DNA of 64,000 bases from Myxococcota bacterium. GTDB lineage: Bacteria > Myxococcota_A > UBA796 > UBA2385. The notes below the pieces were generated by a model. The model made no database searches, was not told the origin of the DNA, and saw only the letters and a program-made list of their open reading frames with translations. Position numbers and translations under genes: made by a program. Location of the stretch: NCBI GenBank assembly GCA_044344255.1, contig JBIJDH010000019.1, positions 96,001 to 160,000 of the forward strand, written 5' to 3'. This document shows, piece by piece, positions 35,254 to 44,646 of this stretch. Numbering within the stretch: position 1 is the stretch's first letter; every line of letters starts with the position of its first letter.

Positions 35254-37017
35254 TCAAGGGGACGACAGGAGGACATAGAGCGCGCCGCCCTGACGAGCGC
35301 CGGTGGACTCGCGGGTGGCGCCGATGAGGAGGTCGGGGATGCCGTCGTTGTCCGCGTCTCCGAAGCCGACCCCGCGCCCCGCGCCGTCCCGCTTCTGCTC
35401 GGACGCGAGGCTGAGCGTGGCGTCCTCGGTGCCGAGGCTGCCGCTGATCGCCCCTGCGTACAGATAGGCGGCGCCGCCGCCCGGGCCGGTGACCGAGGCC
35501 TCCCCCGCGCCGACGAGCAGCGCGTCGCGGCCGTCCAGGTCGAGGTCGGCGGTGTCGATAGAGGAGCCGAAGGCGGAGCCGGAGTCTCCCGAGAGGATGG
35601 CCACGGCCTCGGACAGGCGGGTCGTGCCGGCGGCCGGCCCTGGCACCACCCAGACGCGGCCGGCCCCCGAGGCGGCGGAGAGCCCGCCGATGATGGCGTC
35701 GGAGAGGCCGTCCCCGTCGAGGTCACCCATGGTGAGGGCCTCTCCCGCATAGTCATAAGCCGAGGCCCCCACCAGCTTGCCGTCCGAGCCCGACAGCTCA
35801 TAGGTGCCCGAGACCGGCCCATAGACCACGTGGACCGCGCCGGCGTAGGGGCCCCCCTCGCTGTCGTAGCTGGCGGTGATCAGCAGGTCGCCCACGCCGT
35901 CCCCGTTGAGGTCTCCGCCCGCCTTATCGACGCGGCCTGTCTCGCTGTTGGTGGAGGCGCCCACGAGCTCGGCGTCGAAGTCGGTCTGGATCTCCAGGTC
36001 CATCGTGTCGAGCGGCCCATAGAACAGATAGACCGAGCCCGACATCGGCCCGCCGGTGGTGGCCTCTCCCGCGGCGATCATGGCGTCGAAGACGCCGTCC
36101 CCGTTCAGATCTGCGAGGTCGCCCCCGTGCCCACACTCCACCGGCGCCGCGCACTGGCCGCGGAAGTCCGCCTCGCTAAAATTCAGCTCCTCGGTCACCG
36201 GGCCGAAGACGATGACGGCGTCATAGGCCGAGGCGTCGGGTGAGCCGAGCAGGACATCATCGAAGCCGTCGGCGTTGACGTCGCCCACGGCCACGGTGCG
36301 ACCACCCTCGTAGCTCCCCGAGCCGCCCTTGATCTCGATCGAGCTGTCACCCAGCGCCTCCCAGCCGCTGACCGGGCCGGGGATGACCCAGGCGCTGCCC
36401 TGGTAGCTGTGCGCCCACATCGCGCCGATGACGATGTCGTCGTCGCCATCACCGTCGAGGTCTCCCACGTCCATGTGGGCGCCGGCGTCGCCGGCGGGAT
36501 CGGTGCCCCACCGCTTGGCGTCCGCGTCGGCGAGCCCGCCCTCGGGGAGGCAGGTGTCGTCGTCACCGCCGCAGTCGGCGTCGAGCCCGTCGCCGCAGGC
36601 GTCGGCGGCCCCGGGGTAGACCGCCGCGTCGTCATCATCGCAGTCATCGCCGTCGGGGCAAGCCGTCGCCTCGTGACCGTCGCCGTCGAGGTCAAAGCCG
36701 TCGTCGACGAGGAGGTCACAATTGTCGTCGTGACCGTTACAGAGCTCCTCCGCGGCGGGGTGGACGTCGGCGTCCGTGTCGTCACAGTCCCCCGCCTGGG
36801 TGACCCAGCCGGGCGGCGGGGTCTTGGCCTCCTCTTGGGTGGCCTCGTCTCCCCAGCCGTCCCCGTCCCCGTCCTTGTAGACGAGGGTGGGATCGGCCTT
36901 CCCGCCAGACACCCCCCCGCTTCGGCACCCCGCCAGCAGGCTGCCGCTGAGGAGGAGCGCGAAGGGCGCGCGGCCCCAGAGTGGACGGAGGCGGGCGGGA
37001 GGGATGGGGGAGCGCAT
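35254..37017 (-). CDS. Lipoprotein with MopE-like metal-binding repeats and FG-GAP (integrin-alpha-like) propeller
   Basis: LAGC lipobox; DCDD...HPAAEELCNG.DDNCD; repeated GDLDGDG.DD.IIGA units. Confidence 0.88.
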   Translation of the reverse strand: MRSPIPPARLRPLWGRAPFALLLSGSLLAGCRSGGVSGGKADPTLVYKDGDGDGWGDEATQEEAKTPPPGWVTQAGDCDDTDADVHPAAEELCNGHDDNCDLLVDDGFDLDGDGHEATACPDGDDCDDDDAAVYPGAADACGDGLDADCGGDDDTCLPEGGLADADAKRWGTDPAGDAGAHMDVGDLDGDGDDDIVIGAMWAHSYQGSAWVIPGPVSGWEALGDSSIEIKGGSGSYEGGRTVAVGDVNADGFDDVLLGSPDASAYDAVIVFGPVTEELNFSEADFRGQCAAPVECGHGGDLADLNGDGVFDAMIAAGEATTGGPMSGSVYLFYGPLDTMDLEIQTDFDAELVGASTNSETGRVDKAGGDLNGDGVGDLLITASYDSEGGPYAGAVHVVYGPVSGTYELSGSDGKLVGASAYDYAGEALTMGDLDGDGLSDAIIGGLSAASGAGRVWVVPGPAAGTTRLSEAVAILSGDSGSAFGSSIDTADLDLDGRDALLVGAGEASVTGPGGGAAYLYAGAISGSLGTEDATLSLASEQKRDGAGRGVGFGDADNDGIPDLLIGATRESTGARQGGALYVLLSSP

Positions 37018-37079
37018 CCGGGCAGGATAGCGCAGGCCGGTCATCGGGGGCCACTGTTCTCGACGACGGAGGGACGGGC

Positions 37080-37940
37080 ATGCGGGAGGCGGAGCGAGGG
37101 GCGTGGACCACCGAGGCGGAGCGGGTCATCGCCGCCCAGGCGGGCGAGGCGGCGGCCCTGGAGGCCCTCCTGCTCGGCGTCGCCCCCCGCGTGCGCCGCT
37201 TCGCCGGCTCGCTCTGCGACGACCCCGCCGACGCCGACGAGGTCGCCCAGGAGGCCCTGCTGAGCGCGGTCGTCGCCCTCCCGGGCCTGCGGGACCCCGC
37301 CGCCTTCCCCGCTTGGATCTTCGCCTTGACCCGGCGGCAGGCCGGCCGCCTCCGCAGGCGCGCCCGCCGCCGCCCCGAGGAGCCCTCCGAGGCCGCCGAG
37401 CGGGTGGCCGGGCGAGGAGATCCCGAGGGGGAGGCCTCCGCTGGCGAGCTGGGCGGGGCCTTCACCGCCGCGCTCGGCCGGCTGCCCGAGGGCCAGCGCG
37501 CGGTGGTGGTCTTACGAGACGTCGAGGGGCTCAGCGCCCAGGAGGTGGCCACCGCCCTCGACATCGAGGTCTCCACCGTCAAGACGCGCCTCCACCGCGG
37601 CCGAGCGGCCCTGCGCGCCGAGCTCTCCCCGCTGCTCTCTCCGCAGCCCCCCGCGCTGGAGTCCGCCGACGGTCGCCCGGCCGCCGCCTGCCCCGACGTG
37701 GTGAGCCGCTTCTCCCGTTACCTCGAGGGGGACATCGACCCCCAGACCTGCGACACGCTGCACGCCCACGTAGAAGGCTGCCCCGCCTGCAACGCGGCCT
37801 GCGCCTCGCTGCGCCGCTCGGTCTCCCTCTGCCACCGGGCGGGCCGAGAGGGCACGCTGCAGCCGGCCTTGCAGCGGCGGGTGCGCGAGGCGCTCCAGGC
37901 CGTCATCTCGGGCTCCGAAAATTTCTCGGCTCCGGGGTGA
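37080..37940 (+). CDS. ECF sigma-70 factor with fused C-terminal zf-HC2-like Cys-rich domain
   Basis: Region 2 DADEVAQE...FPAWIF; region 4 LPEGQRAVVVLRDVEGLS..EVA..L....TVKTRLHRGR; tail CPDV...YLEG...HVEGCPAC..C..C. Confidence 0.9.
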   Translation: MREAERGAWTTEAERVIAAQAGEAAALEALLLGVAPRVRRFAGSLCDDPADADEVAQEALLSAVVALPGLRDPAAFPAWIFALTRRQAGRLRRRARRRPEEPSEAAERVAGRGDPEGEASAGELGGAFTAALGRLPEGQRAVVVLRDVEGLSAQEVATALDIEVSTVKTRLHRGRAALRAELSPLLSPQPPALESADGRPAAACPDVVSRFSRYLEGDIDPQTCDTLHAHVEGCPACNAACASLRRSVSLCHRAGREGTLQPALQRRVREALQAVISGSENFSAPG

Positions 37941-38008
37941 ACCCTTCTTGGTCGAGCGGGCTCCTCCTCACCGAATGCAGCTCAGCTCGACCATCCTGGG
38001 AGCCCATC

Positions 38009-38425
38009 GTGGACATCACCCTCTCCTTCCCCGGCGGAAAGCGTGTAGACGCCCACTTCGGCGCCTTCACCGTCACCACCGACCAGCCCCTCGACCTCGG
38101 CGGTGAGGACAGCGCGCCTGCGCCCTATGACCTCTTCCTCGCCTCGCTGGCTACCTGCGCCGGCATCTTCGCCCTCGGCTTCTGTCAGGCCCGCGGCCTC
38201 AAGACCGAGGGCCTCGCGGTGCGACAGACCGTCGAGCTCGACCCCACCACCCACCTCGCCACCACCGTCCACCTCACCGTCACACCCCCGATCGACTTCC
38301 CCGAGAAGTACCGCAGCACCCTGCTGCGCGTGGTCGAGGGCTGCAAGGTCAAGAAGTCTCTCATCAGTCCCCCTCAATTCGAAGTCTCTATCGCCCCCCT
38401 GGAGGATTCATGTGTCGTCGCGTGA
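38009..38425 (+). CDS. OsmC family protein
   Basis: TDQP..LGG..SAPAPYDLFLASLATCAG, FC..R, FPEKY, CKVKK; GGAG RBS before GTG. Confidence 0.9.
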   Translation: MDITLSFPGGKRVDAHFGAFTVTTDQPLDLGGEDSAPAPYDLFLASLATCAGIFALGFCQARGLKTEGLAVRQTVELDPTTHLATTVHLTVTPPIDFPEKYRSTLLRVVEGCKVKKSLISPPQFEVSIAPLEDSCVVA

Positions 38426-38589
38426 CCTGTGATCGGTGCGGCAAGCCCACCTGGGCCGGCTGCGGAGCCCACGTCGAGCAGGTGCTGGGCGACGTCGCCG
38501 CCAAGGATCGCTGCGCCTGCAAAGGCGAGGCCGCGGCCCCGAGCGCCAGCTCTCCCCTCGCCGCGCTGCGCAAGCTCTTCGGCGGCTGA
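38410..38589 (+). CDS. 59-aa Cys-rich small protein (not in ORF track)
   Basis: GGAGG RBS at 38401; MCRRVTCDRCGKPTWAGCGAHVEQVLGDVAAKDRCACKGE...LRKLFGG. Confidence 0.8.
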   Translation: MCRRVTCDRCGKPTWAGCGAHVEQVLGDVAAKDRCACKGEAAAPSASSPLAALRKLFGG

Positions 38590-38591
38590 GC

Positions 38592-39197
38592 TTAGATCTC
38601 GGACAGGCTGACCTCGGCCACGAAATCCATCGTGTGACCGTCGGCGGTCTTCGACCCCTCGAAGGCGAACTCGATCGGGGCGCTGCCGGTCCAGGTGCCG
38701 GTGATCGGGCTCGAGAAGGGCCCGAACTCGCCCATCCCCACGAAGGAGCTGCCGTCCTCCACGGAGAGGCCGATGTTCAAGGTGCCGTCGGCGTAGTCCG
38801 GGGCGCCCGCGGGGGCCCAGGTGCAGGAGAAGGTCCCGCTGCCGCCGACGCCCACGAAGGTGACCGCCGCTTCTCCCGTACAGGTGAAGTCGACGCCGTC
38901 GATCACGGCGGTCACCACGGCGGGGCCGCTCCAGTCGCCGGTGAAGTCGGCGGGGCCGGTGCCGCCGTCGGTGCCGCCCCCGTCGGCGTCCGCGTCGGCG
39001 TCCGCGTCGGCGTCACTGTCGGCGTCCGCGTCGGCGTCAGCGTCACTGTCGGCGTCGGTGTCCGCGTCGGACTCCTCTCCGTTGGCCGCGGCCCCGCCGT
39101 CCGCGGTCGGTTCACAGGCGGCCTGCTCCTGGGTGCAGGCGGCGAGGCTGAGCAGCAAGGCGGCGGACACCGCCGAGAGAGGGGAGAGCAGGCGCAT
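38592..39197 (-). CDS. Hypothetical lipoprotein with DADADSD linker
   Basis: LAAC lipobox; long (DA/DS)n repeat; upstream TGG-TAGGCT -10 and GGAG. Confidence 0.75.
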   Translation of the reverse strand: MRLLSPLSAVSAALLLSLAACTQEQAACEPTADGGAAANGEESDADTDADSDADADADADSDADADADADADGGGTDGGTGPADFTGDWSGPAVVTAVIDGVDFTCTGEAAVTFVGVGGSGTFSCTWAPAGAPDYADGTLNIGLSVEDGSSFVGMGEFGPFSSPITGTWTGSAPIEFAFEGSKTADGHTMDFVAEVSLSEI

Positions 39198-39231
39198 TCG
39201 GGCTCCGGAGTGGCTCAGCCTACCATGGGGC

Positions 39232-40146
39232 TCACGAGACGTTGATGATCTCGACCTGCCGCGGGTCCATGCCGAGGCGGCGCTGGCCGGGGCGCGCCAT
39301 CACCACCTGCGCGGCCTGCTCCACCCCGGCTTGGGCGAGGTCTCTCCGCGCGCGGGAGATGTAGGTGTCGAGATGCTTCTTCTCGATCCCCGTCCGGCGG
39401 GCGAGGCGGTCGGTGTCGGCCCAGCCTTGATCGTGGGCGGGGGCGTCCCGGTCTTGCTGGCGCTCGATCGCCAACACCCAGAGCACGAACCAGTGCTGCC
39501 GCTCGCCGAGGTCGAGCGCTCGATCCCCTTGGACGACCGCGAGGCTCACGTGCTCTTGATCGCGGGAGATCGTGAAGCGCAGCCGGGCGGTGCCGAGGGC
39601 GACGGGCTCCTCGGTGGCCCCCACCGTCGTCCGGGAGCCCTCCGGCAGGAAGAGGCGGAAGGCGCCCCCAGCCTCGACGAGATCGCCGTCCGAGAGGGGG
39701 CGGAGCGCGTCGTCCTGCTCCATCATCCACTGGCCGAGCGCCGTGCGGAACAGCGTCGCGACCGGCGCCTCGGCGTTGGGCAGGAAGAGGAGATCGCCGG
39801 TGGCGACCGCCGGGGCCCCCTCCCCGACCGGCAAGGCGAAGGCGGTGGGCGGGCCGTCGTCGTCGAGCTCCCACTCCCCGGCCTCCGGGTGGCCGAAGCA
39901 GAGGGTGTCCCCCCGACGGAGGCCCCGCTCCTCCTGCGGCGCGAGGCGCTGCCCCGACAGGGCGCTGCCGTTGCGGCTGCCGAGGTCGCGCAGCGTCCAC
40001 CGCCCGCCGCCCCAGGCGAGGACCGCGTGCTCTCGGGAGACACGGAGGTGCTCGCTGCGGATGAGGCAGTGCGGCTCCCGCCCGACGAGCGTTCGAGCGG
40101 CGAGGAGGACGACGGCGCCATCGGCGCGGCGGAGGAGGCGGCCCAT
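39232..40146 (-). CDS. FHA domain protein with C-terminal HTH-like region
   Basis: FHA motifs VGR, VSREHA, LRDLGSRNGS; tail LARRTGIEKKHLDTYISRARRDL. Confidence 0.85.
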   Translation of the reverse strand: MGRLLRRADGAVVLLAARTLVGREPHCLIRSEHLRVSREHAVLAWGGGRWTLRDLGSRNGSALSGQRLAPQEERGLRRGDTLCFGHPEAGEWELDDDGPPTAFALPVGEGAPAVATGDLLFLPNAEAPVATLFRTALGQWMMEQDDALRPLSDGDLVEAGGAFRLFLPEGSRTTVGATEEPVALGTARLRFTISRDQEHVSLAVVQGDRALDLGERQHWFVLWVLAIERQQDRDAPAHDQGWADTDRLARRTGIEKKHLDTYISRARRDLAQAGVEQAAQVVMARPGQRRLGMDPRQVEIINVS

Positions 40147-40332
40147 TCGCCCATCGTAGGCCGCTCGGCCCTCGGTTTCAAGGTCCGGGGCGCGCCGCGC
40201 TGTGGGCGCGTGTGGGTGCCCGCCGGCCGCTCGCGGCGATAGAGCTTCTGGGTCGGGAAGAACACCGCGGAATCGGCGAGACAGTACGCCCCGGGCCGGA
40301 TATCCCTCACCGTCGTCGGATGTGGAGTCACC

Positions 40333-40860
40333 ATGATCGCGCTGCTGCTCGCCCTCACCTCGACCGCCTCGGCCGGGTTCCCCACCTTCAACGTCTGTGG
40401 GTCCCCGATCCCCTGCACGAAGCTCACGATCGGCGAGCCCCTGGGCATTCACGACCCCCCGAGCTGGGCCCTCGACAGCAAGGGCAACCTTGACCTCTCG
40501 GCCGCCGAGAGCGCGATGAAGACGGCCAGCGCCTCGCTCTCCAAGGGTGGCGCCGAGGCGGACGCCGCGAAGGCCCTCCTCTTCGCCGGCCAGGTCTACT
40601 TCGGTGAGCTCGCCGTCGCCCTCGACAAGCAGGCCGCCAGCCTCGCCGCCCTCTCGTTGAGCAGCACCACCCCCACCTGGTCGCTCACCTCCGGCAGCTG
40701 GTCCTTCAACCGCCAGTCGCTCGTCGTCGGCAGCGCGTCCCGCGTCGCCCGGAGCATCTCCACCGCCACCGAGCAGCGGATGTTCGTCCTGATCTTCTCC
40801 GAGGGCGCCGATCAGGCGGCCAACCTCGAGCTCGGGGCGGCGGACTACCTCGGCAAGTAA
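40333..40860 (+). CDS. Hypothetical secreted protein
   Basis: GGAG RBS, signal peptide MIALLLALTSTASA, host codon usage. Confidence 0.7.
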   Translation: MIALLLALTSTASAGFPTFNVCGSPIPCTKLTIGEPLGIHDPPSWALDSKGNLDLSAAESAMKTASASLSKGGAEADAAKALLFAGQVYFGELAVALDKQAASLAALSLSSTTPTWSLTSGSWSFNRQSLVVGSASRVARSISTATEQRMFVLIFSEGADQAANLELGAADYLGK

Positions 40861-40891
40861 GCCGTTCAGCGTAGGTCCTACAGCGTAGGCT

Positions 40892-43267
40892 CTACAGCGG
40901 TCGACAGAGCCGAAAGCCCACGCTCTGCGCCCGCTCGAGCGGAGAGACCCACCCGCGGGTGGCGAGGCGGACGAGCTGCGGGTGGGCGGACCAGCAGCCG
41001 CCGCGCAGCACCGGGTAGGCCCGAAAGGCCGCGGTGTCCCCGCCCCAGACGTTCTCGGTCCACTCGCGGATGCCGCCGGCGAGGTCGCCGACGCCGAAGG
41101 GGCTCTCATCGACGGGGCAGGCGCCGACCACCCAGGGGTTCGCGCGGGCCCCCTCGGCGTGGCTGTGCCGGTAGCAGGCCCAGGTGGGGTCGAGGAAGTC
41201 GCCCCAGGGGAAGCAGCGCCCGTCCGCCCCGCGGGCGGCGCGCTCCCAGACGTCCTCGCGGGGTAGCTGCCAGTCGAGCCCGTCGCGCCGGGAGAGCCAG
41301 TCCGCGTACGCGCGCGCAGCGGGCTGATCGATCAGGAAGACCGGCCAGTCGAGAAGCCAGACGTCGCCCTCGGCGTCGGGGACGAGGGAGAAACGCCGCC
41401 CATCCCATCCGTAATGGAGGGCCCCGAGGCCGCCGTCGGCGCCGAGGCGCTCACGGGGGGCGTGGCGCAGGGCCTCGTCGACGCGGCCCTCTTCGACGAG
41501 GGCGTGCAAGAAGGTGAGGTACTCCCGGTTGGTGACCGGGAGCCGCTTCATCACGCAGCCCTCCACCCAGCCGCGGCCGCTGGGGGCGGTGTTGGCGGCC
41601 TCGGGATCGCCGCCGAGCGCGGTCCAGCCGGGGGTGACGAGCCGATCCTCTGGCCCGAGCTCCCCGCTTCGCGGCAGGCGTAGGGGCCGCGGCGAGGCCT
41701 CTCCGGGCGCCCGCCCCTCTTCGTGCTGGAGGCGGCGGATGGAGACCGGGTGGAGGACCGTCGCGTGGCCCTCCGCCTCGATATGGAGGAGGTAGCTACC
41801 TTTTGGGAGGGAGACCTCCGAGAGGGGCGTGGGGCCGAGCTCCCGCTGGAAGACCGGCTGCAGGCGCCGGAGGCGGAGCTCGTACCGATAGAGGCGCACC
41901 TGCGCGCCCGGCGGATCGGTGACCAGGGAGAGGGTGCCCTCGCCGCGGAGATAGGCGGCGTGCGCGCCTTGGTCGTGGGCGCGGAGGTGCAGCTCCGCCT
42001 CGGCGGCGGCGGCGGCGTCCCCTCGGGCCTCCGCCCGCTCGTGCTCGAGCCGGAAGTGGTCCGCCAGGCGGAGGTGGGCCTCGGGGAGGCCGGGGGCATG
42101 GGTGAAGATCGCGTTCAAGACCTGCAGCCGCTGCGCATCGAGGAGGCGGGCCTCCTGCTCCTGGGCCTGCGCCTCGTCCTCCTCTGCCCACAGGTCGGCC
42201 TTCCGCTCCTCGGCCTCGGTGGCCCCGACCGCCCGCTGGAGCTCCGCCGCCCGCGCGCGTCGCTCCTGGGCCTCGGCGCGGAGCCGGGCGACCGAGGCGG
42301 CCATCTCGTCAGCCTGCTCGACGAGGCGGAGGCCGATCTCCCGCCGGCGCGCCCCGTCCAACCACCGGCTGAGCTCGAGGGCGAAGGCGCGGCCGTCGGC
42401 GGGGCGGTCTCCGGGCTCGGGGGCGGTCGAGGCGTCGATCAGCTCATGGAGGGCATCGACCTGATCCCGGTCTTCACCGATCGTCAGCCGGAGGATGCGC
42501 CCGAGCGCGAAGACGTCGGCTTGCGGCCCGAGGCCGTCCGCCTCCCCGCGCGCCTGCTCGGGCGCCATGAAGCCGGGGGTGCCGATCACCCCGCGGGTGA
42601 GGCCCGCCCCGCCGACCGTCCCCAGCAGGCCCTCCTCCGGCTCGGCCCCGATCTCCCGCGCGATGCCCCAGTCGAGCACGATGACCTCGCCGAGCTCCCC
42701 CACGCGGATGTTGTCGGGCTTGAGGTCGCGGTGGACCACCCCGCGGGCGTGCGCGTAGCCGACGGCCTCCGCCACCCGCACCAGCACCTGCAGCCGCGCG
42801 CGCAGCGTCCAGGGGCTCGGACGGCCCATCAGCCGCGCCCGCTCCACCTCGCGGAGCACCTCGGAGAAGGGCGCCCCCTCCACCCGCTTCATGGTGTAGT
42901 AGAGCCGCCCGTCGGCCAACGCGCCGATCTCGTGCACCGGGACGATGCCCGGGTGCTGCAGCCGGGCGGTGAGCCGGGCCTCCCGAAAGAAGCGCTCCCG
43001 CACCGCGGGGTGCTGGGCGATGGTCGGTAAGATCGCCTTCAGGGCGACGACACAGTCGAGCCGCGCGTCGCGGGCCGACCAGACCTCGCCCATCCCGCCG
43101 GCGCCGATACGCTCGAGCAGCGTCAGGTGCGCCGGACCGGGCCCTGCGTCGGCCCCCGCCGCGGCCGCAGCGCCTTCAGACCAGGAGCCCCCGGTGGTCT
43201 CCGCCACCGTCGGCGCGGCGCCCGAGGGCGGCCTCGACGGCCCATCGGGGTTCACCGGCAGCGCCAT
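40892..43267 (-). CDS. Ser/Thr protein kinase fused to coiled coil, PEGA-like and FGE-sulfatase (SUMF1) domains
   Basis: [63 protein letters not shown]. Confidence 0.92.
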   Translation of the reverse strand: MALPVNPDGPSRPPSGAAPTVAETTGGSWSEGAAAAAGADAGPGPAHLTLLERIGAGGMGEVWSARDARLDCVVALKAILPTIAQHPAVRERFFREARLTARLQHPGIVPVHEIGALADGRLYYTMKRVEGAPFSEVLREVERARLMGRPSPWTLRARLQVLVRVAEAVGYAHARGVVHRDLKPDNIRVGELGEVIVLDWGIAREIGAEPEEGLLGTVGGAGLTRGVIGTPGFMAPEQARGEADGLGPQADVFALGRILRLTIGEDRDQVDALHELIDASTAPEPGDRPADGRAFALELSRWLDGARRREIGLRLVEQADEMAASVARLRAEAQERRARAAELQRAVGATEAEERKADLWAEEDEAQAQEQEARLLDAQRLQVLNAIFTHAPGLPEAHLRLADHFRLEHERAEARGDAAAAAEAELHLRAHDQGAHAAYLRGEGTLSLVTDPPGAQVRLYRYELRLRRLQPVFQRELGPTPLSEVSLPKGSYLLHIEAEGHATVLHPVSIRRLQHEEGRAPGEASPRPLRLPRSGELGPEDRLVTPGWTALGGDPEAANTAPSGRGWVEGCVMKRLPVTNREYLTFLHALVEEGRVDEALRHAPRERLGADGGLGALHYGWDGRRFSLVPDAEGDVWLLDWPVFLIDQPAARAYADWLSRRDGLDWQLPREDVWERAARGADGRCFPWGDFLDPTWACYRHSHAEGARANPWVVGACPVDESPFGVGDLAGGIREWTENVWGGDTAAFRAYPVLRGGCWSAHPQLVRLATRGWVSPLERAQSVGFRLCRPL

Positions 43268-43288
43268 CGATCGCCTCCTCTTCGCCGC

Positions 43289-44605
43289 TCAGTGCGCCGC
43301 GAGCTCGGCCCTCACCGCCGCCGGTCGGGCACGCACCCAGTCCCGCATCGCGGCCTGGGCGTCCCGACACCCGTAATCACCATAGTTGCTGCGCGGATCG
43401 GCCCGACAGTCGGCCTCGATGGCGGCGGTGGTCTCGTCCACATAGGCGGCGAGGTCGATGCCCTCCCAGGTGACGAGCACGGCCTCGATGGCGAGGTCGA
43501 GGGCGGCGCTGCACTCGGAGGAGGCGCGGCAGTCGATGCCGAGCCGGCCATAGAGGGACTGATAGACCTCCACCTCGGGCCTGCCGTCTTTGTAGAAGCT
43601 CTGATCGGGGCCCCAGGGTGTCAGCCACCACAGGCCGTCGGCGGTGCCGTGATAGAGCTGAAAGTTGTTCCCGTTCGTCGCGTAGGCGTCCACGTTGGAG
43701 GTGGCAATCTCCCAGGCCATTAATGCGAGGAGCTCATCGCGGTGGAAGCGCTCACCGAGCATCGTATAGAAGGTGGCGGGTGTCGCCGCCTCGACGGCCT
43801 CGATCAGGGCGAGGAGATCGCTGCGATCTTCGACCTCGCCCATCGTCTCGGAGACCCCGAAATTGTCCTCCCGCCCGTTGTAGAGGTCAGCGCCATAGCC
43901 GCCCGAATAGAGGTTGCCCTCGGGCTCGTCGGGGAAGGCCCGCTCGAGGAATTCTTCGTCCTGGGTCTCGACGACGCCGTAGAGGCCGAAGAGCTCGTCG
44001 TTCACCCACACGTTGGCGTAGCCGTGCCGGGGCCCCGGGATGCCGAGCGCGTCTCCCAGGTGGTAGGCCACGTGCTCGGCGGCCATGGTGGGGTCTTGGA
44101 TCATCGAGTTGAGCGTGAGCCGCTTGACTCCGTGGAGCCGCGCGGCCTCATCCCACTCGTGGAAGTCGATCTTGAAGGAGGCCTTCTCCTCGAGGGTGCG
44201 GAAGGAGCCCGACTCGCTTCCCTTCAGGTGCAGGCCGGCGTCCAGGGTGGTGCCGCCGAAGGTGACGTCGGCGTGGACGTCGGCGCGAGGATCAGCGGTG
44301 AGCGCGGCCACGTCGTCGTCGTCGAGCGTGATGCAGAAGGCGAGGATCGTCCCGGCGTAGAGGAAGCCGTCTTGGGCCGCCTCGAGGTCGAGGCCCTCGG
44401 GCACCTGGTCACAAGGACCGTCACCACCGCCGTCGGTGCCATCCGTTCCATCGGCGCCGTCACCGCCGTCGGTGCCGTCGGTGCCATCCCCGCTGTCCGT
44501 GGCGCCGTCGTCGCCTCCCCCCGGCCACCCTTGCTCCTTGTCGTCTGAGCAGGCGATCGAAGAGGCACAGGCGAGGGTGAGGAGGACAGCGCTCGTGATC
44601 TTCAA
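43289..44605 (-). CDS. CotH kinase family lipoprotein (start TTG 44605 uncertain)
   Basis: LKG...SFR...KASFKIDF, KRLTLN..QDP...E, GLY..VE, NVDAY..NGNNF.LY, PWGPDQSF; SIAC lipobox and GTD linker. Confidence 0.85.
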   Translation of the reverse strand: MKITSAVLLTLACASSIACSDDKEQGWPGGGDDGATDSGDGTDGTDGGDGADGTDGTDGGGDGPCDQVPEGLDLEAAQDGFLYAGTILAFCITLDDDDVAALTADPRADVHADVTFGGTTLDAGLHLKGSESGSFRTLEEKASFKIDFHEWDEAARLHGVKRLTLNSMIQDPTMAAEHVAYHLGDALGIPGPRHGYANVWVNDELFGLYGVVETQDEEFLERAFPDEPEGNLYSGGYGADLYNGREDNFGVSETMGEVEDRSDLLALIEAVEAATPATFYTMLGERFHRDELLALMAWEIATSNVDAYATNGNNFQLYHGTADGLWWLTPWGPDQSFYKDGRPEVEVYQSLYGRLGIDCRASSECSAALDLAIEAVLVTWEGIDLAAYVDETTAAIEADCRADPRSNYGDYGCRDAQAAMRDWVRARPAAVRAELAAH

Positions 44606-44646
44606 CGGGAGGCTCGCGGAGGGAGGGTCATCGGTGAATCGGCGGA

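Noticed and set aside
40892..41700. FGE domain as the maturase for the AlkP enzymes
   Set aside because: The enzymes have an NPP-type SPVAW nucleophile, not the C/S-x-P-x-R sulfatase motif, and the domain lacks an evident FGE catalytic Cys pair.
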